DNA of 63,727 bases, the filler included, from Octopus bimaculoides (taxonomy: Eukaryota): the NCBI RefSeq assembly GCF_001194135.2. It is 7 parts of 7 records of this genome, joined end to end, with 100 filler letters (N's around TTAATTAATTAA, not from the genome) between each part and the next. Parts side by side here need not be neighbours in the genome. Positions count along the whole stretch, not along the records: positions 1 to 11,319 come from NC_069008.1; 6 more parts are not named here. One strand, 5' to 3'. The notes under the pieces are model-generated. The model searched no databases. It was given only the letters and a program-made list of their open reading frames with translations, and was not told where the DNA came from. This document shows positions 1 to 11,375 of this stretch, in pieces (the stretch's first letter is position 1; each line of letters starts with the position of its first letter). The translations under genes were made by a program, and so were the position numbers.

Positions 1-44
1 ACACAGACACACAAACATACACAAATCTATATATATATAAATAT

Positions 45-81
<37 letters not shown>

Positions 82-698
82 CATATATACGACGGGCTTC
101 TTTCAGTTTCCATCTACCAAATCCACTCACAAGGCTTTGGTCAGCCTGAGGCTATAGTAGAAGACACTTGCCCAAGGTGCCACGCAGTGGGACTGAACCC
201 AGAACCATGTGGTTGATAAGCAAGCTACTTACCACACAGCCTGCGCCTATAAATGTCTCGCCTGGAATGTCTTAGTTTAAAAGGTTTTAATCAACTAAAA
301 AATACAGTAATCTACAATACAAACAAAGATTGTTAAATTGTAAGCAGATCTAAACTTCAACGCAATAACAGTTTTACGCAGCGAGTCGCTACAGTCTCCA
401 CTAACTAATGACAAATGACTAACACAAAGCACATTGTGCCGTAAACAGAACAGAACTCTGCACAAGTTGCACTGCAGGCATATAACAGCAATCGAGACAA
501 TCAAAGTCACATGATCAAAACTAAAATCAGAACAATATCCTTTTCTACTCTAGGCCAAATTTCCAACCTGGGATCTCACTCCTAAGGTATTTTTCAATGT
601 TATTATTATTATTATCATTCAGATCTATATTTAAGAGACGAGGAATTATGTACATTATTTACATTTGACGGATATTTGTCCTCATCTTGTTTGTTGTT

Positions 699-744
699 AA
701 CACAACATTTCAGCTGATATACCATCCAGCCTTCATCAGGTGTC
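699..744 (-). ncRNA. Minimal type I hammerhead ribozyme motif, copy 1 (weakened)
   Basis: Minus strand GACAC-CUGAUGA-A-GGCUG(GAUGGUAUAU)CAGCU-GAAA-U-GUU|GUGUU. G-U wobbles at the base of stem II and in stem III. Confidence 0.55.
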
Positions 745-822
745 TTGGGGAAATTTCGAACCTGGATTCTCATTCCTAAGGTACCTTTCAATGTAGCTGT
801 TATAATAATAATAATAATAATA

Positions 823-864
<42 letters not shown>

Positions 865-940
865 TTCTCTATTTAAGAGATGAGGAATTATGTACATTAT
901 TTACATTTGATGGATATTTGTCCTCATCTTGTTTGTTGTT

Positions 941-986
941 AACACAACGTTTCGGCTGATACACCCTCCAGCCTTCGTCAGGTGTC
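941..986 (-). ncRNA. Minimal type I hammerhead ribozyme motif, copy 2
   Basis: Minus strand GACAC-CUGACGA-A-GGCUG(GAGGGUGUAU)CAGCC-GAAAC-GUU|GUGUU: 5-bp stem I, 5-bp stem II and a palindromic AACGUU stem III. Confidence 0.75.
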
Positions 987-1122
987 CNNNNNNNNNNNNN
1001 NNNNNNNNNNNNNNNNNNNNNNNNNNNNNNNNNNNNNNNNNNNNNNATCTATATTTAAGAGACGAGGAATTATGTACATTATTTACATTTGACGGATATT
1101 TGTCCTCATCTTGTTTGTTGTT

Positions 1123-1168
1123 AACACAACGTTTCGGCTGATACACCCTCCAGCCTTCGTCAGGTGTC
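1123..1168 (-). ncRNA. Minimal type I hammerhead ribozyme motif, copy 3
   Basis: Motif identical to 941-986. Confidence 0.75.
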
Positions 1169-1589
1169 CTGGGGAAATTTTGAACCTGGGTTTTCATTCC
1201 TCAGGTATTTCTAATGCAACTGGTATAGAACAAAATAACAGAAAATATGTCAAAGCAACTCAATCCTGGTGGGTCCTGAGCAGGTGAAGTAAAACAAAAA
1301 AAAAAGGAAGAAAAAGAAAAGGGGGTGGTAAGGATAAGCTGGGGGTGTTGAATCATGCTCTGTTATCATTAGGTCATTAGGGGGAACAGAGATTAATGAA
1401 TTAGTCTGGATTGAACCAATCAACAAATGTAAATCCACCCTACAACGGATCACGGGGGGTGGGGGGTGAGTGGACAGATGTGGCATGGGACACAGCTCCA
1501 ATGGTATTGCAGCAGCAGCGGTGGTGATGGTGGTGGCGATATGGAGATTAAAAGGAGAAGGAAGAGGAGGAGGAGGATAGCTGTAACAA

Positions 1590-1679
1590 CCACTCCATCA
1601 CTACTACTACTACCACCACTACTACTACTACCATCACTACTACCACCTTTACTACAACCACCACCATTACTACCCCATC

Positions 1680-1711
<32 letters not shown>

Positions 1712-2245
1712 TACCACCACCATCACCACCCCATCACTACTACTACTACCACCACCATCACCGCCCACTACTACTACTACTACCACCACCACCAATCTTC
1801 CCTACATCCTCAACAGTACCGCAACACTTATTATGCCACTACTGCCACCACAGCCACAGCATTTCATGACCACCACCACCACCACCTTATTAGCACACAC
1901 CACACATACACTATGGCACCTACACTACCACCACCACACCCTCTACTAACACCAAACACTACAGCAACTCTCCCCAACCTTTATGCCACTACCTACACCA
2001 ACCACCACAATCACCCGCGACCTCTACCACCGTCATCACCACCACACTCCACCTACACTATGACACCAACAACACCACCACCATCATCATCATCATCATC
2101 ATCATCATCACGTCTACAGGTCATGCTTCCCCCAGAATACCACTGCCGTCATCACCACCACCACCACCACCAAAGATCATGCTTCTCCACCACCACCATC
2201 CCCATCATGCAACCACACCACACCATACCACCACCAACAACTTAC
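1590..2245. repeat. Degenerate (CAC/TAC/CAT)n trinucleotide tract
   Basis: Seen directly. A comparable (GGT/AGT)n tract lies at 9075-9660. Confidence 0.9.
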
Positions 2246-2383
2246 ACTGTAGATGGTTTAGGGCGTTTAAAAGCCCCATGGCGATATTCTAACTCTCTGA
2301 AATAGAAAAACCAAATAAAAGATGTTTTTTTTAATATTTTTATATATATTTTCTTTTATTTATATGCTTGTTTTTTTTATGTC

Positions 2384-2432
<49 letters not shown>

Positions 2433-3616
2433 TAATAATAATCCTTTATATTATAAGCACAAGGCCTGAAATTTTGGGAGGAAGAGGCTAGTCGATTAGA
2501 TCGACCCCAGTATGCAACTGGTACTTAATTCAGTCACACCAAAAGGATGAAAGGCAAAGTTGACCACGGCAGAATTTGAACTCAGAACATAACAGCAGAC
2601 AAAATACATTTCGCCCGGCGTGCTAACGATTCTGCCAGCTCGCTGCCTTAATAATAATAATAATAATAATAATGATAATAATAATAATAATAATAATAAT
2701 CGTTTCTACTATAGGCACAAGGCCTGAAATTTGGTTGGGGGAAATTAAGTCGATTACATTGGCCACACTGTTTCACTGGTACTTAGTTTATCGACTTCAA
2801 AATGGTGAAAGGCAAAGTCCACCTCGGCAGAATTTGAACTCAGAGCGTACCACCAAGAATTTCATCCAACATGCTAACGATTCTGCCAGCTCAATGTTTT
2901 CTTATATTTGCCATCAGGACAAAGGATGAAACAGACAAAAAGTNNNNNNNNNNGTCTTGGTATAAAAGATGGGCCACAGCAAATATTCTGCTTAATACCA
3001 CAGATTTGCTTGTCAGTTGTTTGACCTTAACCAGTTGGGCATGTCCCTTGGTGGCTGACGATATGTGCATCTCTGGTCACGAGCAGAAGTAGTGGGGGTG
3101 GGGGGCATCATAGCCATGTGTTGAGAGGAATTCTTTGGGGTTTGAATAATTCACCTTAGGAAACATGGGTGTTTTGCTCAACATCCTTAAACAAACCTTA
3201 TTCAGGGACCTTCTGAGTGGGATGGGCTACTCGACCTGAAGAAAATTCTAACTGGGCCCCACCTGCGAGGTCATGTGCTGTTTGTCTTGACATGAGATCA
3301 CCATGTCACGCACATGTAGTTGTGATGCATGTGCCTGGTGTACCCTTATCAGACGGGTAGACATAATGGGTATACTGGGCTTCATATATTTGTACCCCAG
3401 TGTCATTTTGATGGCATGCACAGCTCTCTGCCTCAATAATAATAATAATGGGGGTAAATGCAGTTACACCTCTCCTTGAAAAAAGCATTTCTTTTTAAAC
3501 ATGTTTTCAGACTCCTACATTTAAGATGTTGGAGATTACGAATATCCAAACAAAACTCATCACTGGAATAATGTTTGCCTCTCAAACCCCCTTTCATGGG
3601 GCTGAAGAGATGATAG

Positions 3617-3869
3617 TCCAGTGACGAGGAAGTGAAAACTGTAGTGAAGAAGTGGCTCAAAGAACAGTCAACAGAATTTTACGAGGCAGGGAATACATGC
3701 TCTCATTCGAAGGTGGAACATTGCTATTGAGAGAAACGGTGACTATGTTGAGAAGTAGGGATGTGATCCACAGAGGACCAGCTTCATTTTGATGTGTGAT
3801 ACATGTTCCTGTGTTGGTAATTACACCTGTCCTAAACAAAATGACATTACTTTTTGACTCACCCTTGTA
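3617..3869 (+). mobile_element. mariner transposon 3' end
   Basis: SSDEEVKTVVKKWLKEQSTEFYEAG/IHALIRRWNIAIERNGDYVEK*, followed by a terminal ttactttttgactcacccttg-TA. Confidence 0.85.
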
Positions 3870-3904
3870 CATATATTCATATCTTATATGAAGATGGTGG
3901 TGGA

Positions 3905-4205
3905 GGCGCAATGGCCCAATGGCTAGGGCAGCGGACTCGCGATCGGAGGATCGCGGTTTCGATTCCCAGACCGGGCATTGTGTGTGTTTATTGAGCGAAA
4001 ACACCTAAAGCTCCACGAGGCTCCGGCAGGGGGATGATGGCAACCCCTGTTGTACTCTTCCACCACAACTTTCTCTCACTCTTTCTTCCTGTTTCTTGAA
4101 TAAAGCTGCAATGGACTGGCGTCCCGTCCAGCTAGGGGAGGGGAACACATACGCCATAGAAACCGAGAAACCGGGCCCATGAGCCTGGCTAGGCTTTAAA
4201 AGGGC
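3905..4205 (+). mobile_element. tRNA-derived SINE (family D); second copy at ~18370-18575 on the minus strand
   Basis: ggaggcgcaatggcccaatggctagggcagcggactcgcg...ggtttcgattcccagaccggg carries A- and B-box-like motifs. Confidence 0.75.
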
Positions 4206-4699
4206 AAATAAATAAATAGAAATATGAAGATGGTGCCGGTGGTGATGGTGAGAGTGGTGATGGTGGTCATGGTGATGATAATGATGATGTCCAAGGGTTT
4301 GGTAAGTAAAGAAGAGAACAAATATATGTATATATACATACACACACACACATATATATACATATATACACTCACCTTTGCATACACACAGTCACTCCCA
4401 TGTATATATGCACGCTTACACGTCTTCACACATGACTGGCACTGCATCGGTTATGACAATGAGGGATCCGGTTGATCCGATCAATGGAACAGCCAGTTCG
4501 TGAAATTAGCGCGGAAGTGGTTGAGCACTCCACAGAGTCACGCACGCATAACAGAGTTCTGAAGGAGATGCAACACGACACAGGATGTGACAAAGGCTGG
4601 CCCCTTTGAATTACTGGTACTACTCATTTTTTCCAGCTGAGTAGACTGAAGCAACGTGAAATAAAAAATCGCTGACGTGGTCGATGACAGTGTCACCTG

Positions 4700-5030
4700 A
4701 TTGGCACTCGTGCCACTGGAATGTTAAAAGCACATCCGAGCGTGATCGTTGCCAGTGCCACCGGATTGGCTCCGGTGCAGGTAACACGTAAAAAAACACC
4801 TTTCAAACGTGGTCATTGCCAGAACCGCCTGACTTGGGTCTCATGCTGGTGGCACGTAAAAGCACCCACTACACTCTGGGAGTGGTTGGCGTTAGGAAGG
4901 GCATCCAGTTGTAGAAACTCTGCCAAATCAGATTGGAGCCTGGTGCAGCCATCTGGTTTCACCAGTCCTCAGTCAAATCGTCCAACCCATGCCAGCATGG
5001 AAAACAGACGTTGAATGATGATGATGATGC
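4700..5030 (+). mobile_element. Interspersed repeat (SINE or LINE 3' end with (GAT)n tail); related at 7564-7850 and inverted at 8290-8520
   Basis: Shared ttaggaagggcatccag...caacccatgccagcatggaaa followed by (gat)n. Confidence 0.7.
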
Positions 5031-5297
5031 TCAAGTACACAACGCATCACCAAGAATTGAACTCACAACTTTACAATCATGAACCAATGTCCCTAACCAC
5101 TAAGCCACGTGCCCTTACTGTGCACACGTATGCTTCACACATGATGCACCAAACCACACTGAAGCCCCTACCAACACCATCACCTCGACACACAGACAGA
5201 CAAACACAGAACTGACTCTCCATCACCGAGAAAGATCCCTGCCTCCAACTCACTCCCCACCCCCCACCCCCCAGTCACAAAAGCTTAAAATACTTAC

Positions 5298-5365
5298 CCA
5301 GTGCCGTGTTCATTGGTCTCAGCGCTGAATTTGAAGTGACAGTCAGTAAAGGGAGCAATTAGTTG
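5298..5365 (-). CDS. RICTOR: RICTOR internal coding exon, 68 nt, phase 0 to phase 2
   Basis: Translates QLIAPFTDCHFKFSAETNEHGT(G), similar to RICTOR RILAPYTDFHYRHSPDTAEGQL. Acceptor tttgtttccatag|, donor |gtaagt. In frame with the 6433 exon. Confidence 0.92.
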
Positions 5366-5997
5366 CTATGGAAACAAATTTAAAAAAACACATATGAAAC
5401 AGCAACAAGAATAATGGTTTCAAATTTTGGCACAAGGCCAGCATTTTGGGGGAGGGGTAAGTCGATTCACTAGTACTTCATTTATCGACCCCAGTATTTC
5501 ACTGGTACTTAATTTATCGACCCCAGTATTTCACCAGTACTTAATTTATCGACCCCATAACAATAAAAAGCAAAGTCGACCTCGGCAGAATTTGAACTCA
5601 GAACATAAAGACAGATGAAATGCCACGAAGCATTTTTACCCGTTCGCTACCTTAACAATAACAATAATAATACTTAATTCTGGTTTTATTGGCCACAAGG
5701 GCTAATATAAATCAAAAACATGAAAGGACAAAGACAGGACGATAAAAACAAAGGGTTTTACGGAAAAGAAAGGTCCATGTAAATATTAGAAGACAACAAA
5801 AAATATAACAATTAGAAAGAACTCCCAATAGGGGGAGGTGCTTTGAAAGGTTCCTCATGGAGAAACTCATAAAAACCACGGGAGCCTGGCCAAATGGGGA
5901 GAGAGCCCCTTCTCCTTTTATATCCCCTTTTTATTTTTTTTACAGTTGTATCCTCAGAATTGGTCCGTTCATACTCTTTCTTTCTTTCTTTTCTTTT

Positions 5998-6346
5998 ATT
6001 TGTTTCAGTCTTTTTGACTGTGGCCATACTGGAGCACCGCCTTTAGTCGAGCAAATCAACCCCCTAGGACTTATTCTATGTAGGCCTAGTACTTATTCTA
6101 TCGGTCTCTTGTGCCGAACCGCTAAGTTACGGGGAACGTGAACACACCAACATCGGTTGCCAAGCGATGGTGGGGGACAAACACAGAAACACACACGCGC
6201 GCATATATACAACGGGCTTCTTTCAGTTTCCGTCTACCAAATCCACTCACAAGGCTTTGGTCGGCCCGAGGCTATAGTAGAAGACACTTGCCCAAGGTGC
6301 CACGCAGTGGGACTGAACCCGGAACCAAACGGTTGGTAAGCAAGCT
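5998..6346 (-). mobile_element. tRNA-derived SINE with an internal microsatellite (family A)
   Basis: tRNA-like head (gggttcagtcccactgcgtggcacc), central (TA/CA)n, body ending gactgaaacaa. Related copies at 1-250, 8085-8285, 10200-10785, 25220-25685, 43270-43460, 50345-50470 and 57668-57870. Confidence 0.8.
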
Positions 6347-6432
6347 ATTTGTGTGTGCATGTGTGTGTGTGTGTGTCTGTGTGTAACAAAAAGGATGCTA
6401 AATGATGACGATAGTATGTCGTTAGTACTTAC

Positions 6433-6605
6433 CTCAAGGTCAGTGTTCTGCTTGATGTAGTGCCGCGTGTTGGGATGGTTTAGCAGGAAAAGCACCGTCA
6501 CCACAAGTGACTCGTTGATCCGTGGATAGTGATAGCAGTCCAGGATGTTGCGCAGAATGCAGCTGATTGCATCGCACCGGTCAGCTGCCTGGGCATTCAC
6601 AAACG
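6433..6605 (-). CDS. RICTOR: RICTOR internal coding exon, 173 nt, phase 1 to phase 0
   Basis: Translates (A)FVNAQAADRCDAISCILRNILDCYHYPRINESLVVTVLFLLNHPNTRHYIKQNTDLE, similar to RICTOR ILKNVIDCQLSRINEALITTILHLLNHPKTRQYVRADVELE. Acceptor cacttgcag|, donor |gtaagt. Phase matches the previous exon. Confidence 0.95.
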
Positions 6606-6682
6606 CTGCAAGTGGAGGTCATTAAGGTCCAGTTCGGTCCAGGTCAGATCATGTGGTGTGAGAGGTGGTCAGTAGTATAGGA

Positions 6683-6713
<31 letters not shown>

Positions 6714-6924
6714 AAGAAAGAGAGTGATCTTAGTTAAGAAATTGTGTGATGGAAAGAGGGAAAAAAATAACGGAGTGTAAGTAAAGTGTGAGTGTGAGTG
6801 TGAGTGAGAGGACGAGTGAATGCAAGAGAGTAAATACAGTGGCTGAGTTAAAGAATGAGAGAACAAGAGAAAATGAGTGAAAGAGAGAAAGTGAAAGTAA
6901 AAGTATGAATGAAAATAAGTGAAT

Positions 6925-6956
<32 letters not shown>

Positions 6957-6973
6957 CAGAGAAAGAGAGACAG

Positions 6974-7004
<31 letters not shown>

Positions 7005-8650
7005 GTAAGAGAGAGGGAGAGAGTAAGAGAAAGAGAGACAAATTTCCTGAGAAAGAAAGAGAACCATTGGCAGAAAAAGAGAGAGAGAGAGAGAGAGAGA
7101 GTAAGAGAAAGAGAGAGAGAGAGTAAGAGAAAGAGAGAGAGAGAGAGAGTAAGAGAAAGAGAGAGAGAGAGAGAGATAATTAGACTTGCATAAGTATAGG
7201 AAAAATGGAAAGTATAAGCTTGCAGAAGCATAGCAAAGAGAAGGGGCGGGAATGAGNNNNNNNNNNNNNNNNNNNNNNNNNNNNNNNNNNNNNNNNNNNN
7301 NNNNNNNNNNNNNNNNNNNNNNNNNNNNNNNNNNNNNNNNNNNNNNNNNNNNNNNNNNNNNNNNNNNNNNNNNNNNNNNNNNNNNNNNNNNNNNNNNNNN
7401 NNNNNNNNNNNNNNNNNNNNNNNNNNNNNNNNNNNNNNNNNNNNNNNNNNNNNNNNNNNNNNNNNNNNNNNNNNNNNNNNNNNNNNNNNNNNNNNNNNNN
7501 NNNNNNNNNNNNNNNNNNNNNNNNNNNNNNNNNNNNNNNNNNNNNNNNNNNNNNNNNNNNNNNCGAGCGAGATCGTTGCCAGTGCCCCTGGACTGGCTCT
7601 TGTGTGGGTGGCACATAAAATACACCATTTTGAGTGTGGCCGTTGCCAGTACCGCCTGACTGGCATTCGTGCGGGTGACACGTAAAAGCACCCACTACAC
7701 TCTCTGAGTGGTTGGCGTTAGGAAGGACATCCAGCTGTAAAAACTCTGCCAAATTAGATTGGAGCCTGGTGCAGCCATCTGGTTTCACCAGTCCTCAGTC
7801 AAATCATCCAACCCATGCTAGCATGGAAAGTGGACGTTAAACGATGATGATGATTGGAACAAGGAAGACATATTTGAATAAAATGAGAAAGACTTGAGAA
7901 TATCTAGTTATGAGAAGCAGAAGAGAAGAGAGAATGCAGACAAGATGGAGGGACATTGTAATTGAAACCTGAGGAAGATGGAAAGGAAAAGAAGCTAGGA
8001 CAAAAAATATGAGAAAATCAAGAGAAATATGCAAAATGGTGGGAAGAAAACATGAGAAACATCTTTAATTTTTTGTCTTTCTCTTGTTTCAGTCATTTGA
8101 CTGCGGCCATGCTGGGGCACCACCTTGAAGAAATTTCAGCCAAAATCTAGTTGTACTTATTGCTTTTGCTTTTTTTTTGTTAAGCCTTGTACTTATCTTA
8201 TCAGTCTCTTTTGCCGAAGTACTAAGTTACGGGTATATGAGCACACCAACACCAATTGTCAAGCAATGGTGGGGGACAAACAAATACATCATCATCATCA
8301 TCATTTAACGCCCATTTTTCATGCTGGCATGGGTTAGACAGTTTGACTGGAACTAGTAAGTTGGAGAGCTGCACCAGGTTCCAGTCTGTTGTAGCATGGT
8401 TTCTACGGCTGGACGCCCATCCTGACACCAAACACTTCACAGAGTGTTGTAGGTACCTTTCACATGTCACTGTCACAGGTGCCTTTTACATGCCACAGAC
8501 GTGGGTGCTTTTACGAGCCAGTTATGTGACACCGGCAGATGGATAGATAGATGGCCAGACAGACAGACAGACAAACAGACAGACGGACAGATAGACAGAT
8601 GGCCAGACAGACAGATGGATAGATAGATAGATAGATGGCCAGATAAAGAC

Positions 8651-8695
<45 letters not shown>

Positions 8696-8700
8696 CAGAC

Positions 8701-8743
<43 letters not shown>

Positions 8744-8964
8744 CACAGATAAATAGATAAATAGATAAATAGATAGATAGACAGACACAGAGATAGATAG
8801 ATAGATAGACAGACAAATAGATACCTAGATGGATGGAGTGATCAATAGATATGTAGAGGAAGAGAGAGAGGAAGAGAGAGTGAATGAGAAAGTGTAAAGT
8901 TAGTCAGTTGGAACGAAGTGTTAAAGTCGAGAGAGATGGATCGGTGCGGAGAGGTGGTACTTAC

Positions 8965-9044
8965 CCAGTTCACAAAGAGTGGCAAGGCATACTTGCCTCA
9001 GTGCATCCATCTTTTTTGTCCCTAATGTTTGGGCGGAGGAAAAA
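8965..9044 (-). other. RICTOR: Candidate alternative or duplicated RICTOR exon (57 nt from the 9021 acceptor or 80 nt from the 9044 acceptor)
   Basis: Encodes ...GTKKMDALRQVCLATLCEL followed by g|gtaagt, paralogous to ...GSSERDRLRRACLATICEL g|gtatgt of the 10874 exon with the same donor phase. Confidence 0.55.
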
Positions 9045-9282
9045 CTAGTGAAAACTTCAATAGGAAATTACATTGTGGTGGTGGTGGTGGTGGTAGTATA
9101 AGTAGTAGTGGTGGTGGTGCCAGTGGTGGTAGTGGTGGCAGTAGTAGTGTTGGTGACGGTAGTAGTAGTAGTGGTGGTGGTGGTGGTGGTGGTTACCATG
9201 GTGGTAGTAGCAGTGTAATACCACATGACTGAGTGTGGTGGTGATGGCAGTGGTGGTATTGGTAGTGGTGGTAGTGGTGGTG

Positions 9283-9317
<35 letters not shown>

Positions 9318-10126
9318 GGTGGTAGTAGTAATGGTGGTGGTGGTATTGGTGGTGGTAGTGGTAGTGGTAGTAGTGGTGGTGGTAGTGGTGGTGGTAATAG
9401 TAGTAGTGGTGGTAATAGTAGTGGTGGTGGTAATAGTAGTGGTGGTAGTAGTAGTGGTGGTGGTGGTATTGATAGTAGTGGTGGTGGTAGTGTGGTTACC
9501 ATGGTGGTAATAGTAATATACCAAATGACCAAGTATGGTGGTGGTGGTCGTGGTGATGCAAGAGGCTGTGGTTGTGGTGGTGTAATGGTACTAATAACAA
9601 CATGCTAGGGTGTGGGGTGAAAGTAGTAATGGTAGTTGTGGTGTGAAAGTGGCAGTAACCATGACGATATCTTTAACCTTTTACTCGCTTTGGTCATTAG
9701 ACCGTGGCCATGCTGGGGCACCGCCTTGAAGAATTTTTTTAGTCAAACAAATCAACCCTGGCATTCCATTTTTTAAAATTTTAACCCTGTCCCTTTTTAC
9801 TAAACCGCTAAGTTATAGAGATGTAAACAAACCATTGTCCCCTCTATGTTTAGCCCCTGTGGGCAATAAAGAAATAAATATGTGTGTGTGCGTGTATGTG
9901 TTTGTATGTATATAACTATGTGTATGCATGCTTCTGTTTATCCCCCACCACCACTTAACCAGTGCTGGTTTGTTTACATCCCCCATAACTTAGTGGCTCA
10001 CTGATCCCTAAAACACTTGGTTACAAAGTCCACTTCTTAACCTCATACCCATACCCTACCACCGCCACCATTTAGCATGTATGCATACACACACACATAC
10101 AAACATACATCCACTACTTACAAAAT

Positions 10127-10171
<45 letters not shown>

Positions 10172-10199
10172 TATATATGTCATATATATATATCATATA

Positions 10200-10783
10200 T
10201 ACTCTTTACTCTCTTTTACTTGTTTCAGTCATTTGACTGTGGCCATGCTGGAGCACGGCCTTTAGTCGAGCAAATCGACCCCAGGACCTATTCTTTGGAA
10301 GCCCAGTACTTANNNNNNNNNNNNNNNNNNNNNNNNNNNNNNNNNNNNNNNNNNNNNNNNNNNNNNNNNNNNNNNNNNNNNNNNNNNNNNNNNNNNNNNN
10401 NNNNNNNNNNNNNNNNNNNNNNNNNNNNNNNNNNNNNNNNNNNNNNNNNNNNNNNNNNNNNNNNNNNNNNNNNNNNNNNNNNNNNNNNNNNNNNNNNNNN
10501 NNNNNNNNNNNNNNNNNNNNNNNNNNNNNNNNNNNNNNNNNNNNNNNNNNNNNNNNNNNNNNNNNNNNNNNNNCAGACATATACACACACATACATATAT
10601 ATATATACACATATATACAACGGGCTTCTTTCAGTTTCCGTCTACCAAATCCACTCACAATGCTTTGGTCGGCCCGAGGCTATAGTAGAAGACACTTGCC
10701 CAAGGTGCCACGCAGTGGGACTGAACCCAGAACCATGTGGTTGGTAAGCAAGCTACTTACCACACAGCCACTCCTACGCCTGC

Positions 10784-10785
<2 letters not shown>
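10200..10785 (-). mobile_element. SINE family A copy with an N gap in its internal microsatellite region
   Basis: Tail tactcttttacttgtttcagtc and head ggcgtaggagtggctgtgtggtaagtagcttgc (minus strand). Confidence 0.8.
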
Positions 10786-10831
<46 letters not shown>

Positions 10832-10873
10832 TACGCACATATACACACACAGAGCAAATGTAAGCATACATAC

Positions 10874-11064
10874 CGAGTTCACAGATGGTTGCAAGACAAG
10901 CCCGCCTCAGTCGATCCCTCTCAGAGGAGCCATCCCTGCCAATAGCTACCATGGGGTAGAGCATCGACAGCGGCACCTGGTGGGGAAACAGCTGGATTAT
11001 CTTCCGGATCAGTTTCATGGCATGGATGCGTTCGACTTCGTTGCTCAGGCAGATGTCCAGGCAT
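10874..11064 (-). CDS. RICTOR: RICTOR internal coding exon (N-terminal armadillo-like region), 191 nt, phase 2 to phase 1
   Basis: Translates (R)CLDICLSNEVERIHAMKLIRKIIQLFPHQVPLSMLYPMVAIGRDGSSERDRLRRACLATICEL. This matches the vertebrate RICTOR segment RCIDIQQSNEVERTQALRLVRK...IAVGNDGLQERDRMVRACIAIICEL as I recall it. Acceptor cactctag|, donor |gtatgt. Confidence 0.95.
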
Positions 11065-11276
11065 CTAGAGTGGAGGGAGAGTGAGTGAGTGTGAGTGAGC
11101 GTGAGTGAGAGTGAGTGAGAGTGAGAGTGAGAAAGCAATGTGATGTGTGATAAACTGAAAGAATAATATAAATACACACAGTGGAAGATACACACGTACA
11201 CACATTCAGTGAGAGACACACATACACCCATATACCCTCTGAAAGTAAAAGACACACACATACAGTGTGTGATATA

Positions 11277-11319
<43 letters not shown>

Positions 11320-11363
11320 NNNNNNNNNNNNNNNNNNNNNNNNNNNNNNNNNNNNNNNNNNNN

Positions 11364-11375
11364 TTAATTAATTAA
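11364..11375. other. Assembly spacer TTAATTAATTAA between N runs (also at 20455, 26215, 43560, 49541 and 61865)
   Basis: The same 12-mer, with stops in all six frames, is embedded between N runs six times. Confidence 0.9.

Larger units (their letters stand above)
560..1215 (-). repeat. Tandem array of three ~190-240 bp units resembling a Penelope terminal repeat, each with a minimal hammerhead motif
   Basis: The unit tatttaagagaYgaggaattatgtacatt...ttcRtcaggtgtc recurs three times, separated by an (ATT)n run and an N gap. Confidence 0.85.

Noticed and set aside
295-510. Minus-strand ORF containing ALKFRSAY, considered as the next RICTOR exon (vertebrate ATFRSWA)
   Set aside because: Similarity is limited to FRS, and I found no suitable phase-2 acceptor and donor pair.
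560-1215. CRISPR-like regular repeat
   Set aside because: Eukaryotic context, units far too long, and no unique spacers or cas genes.
1466-2305. 279-aa His/Thr/Pro-rich ORF
   Set aside because: Open only because the trinucleotide repeats lack stops; no domain or splice support.
3905-3985. tRNA-like sequences at SINE heads
   Set aside because: They continue into SINE bodies and lack a complete cloverleaf, so they were not called as tRNA genes.
11364-11375. Recurrent TTAATTAATTAA motif
   Set aside because: Always isolated between N runs, so it is an assembly spacer and not biological.
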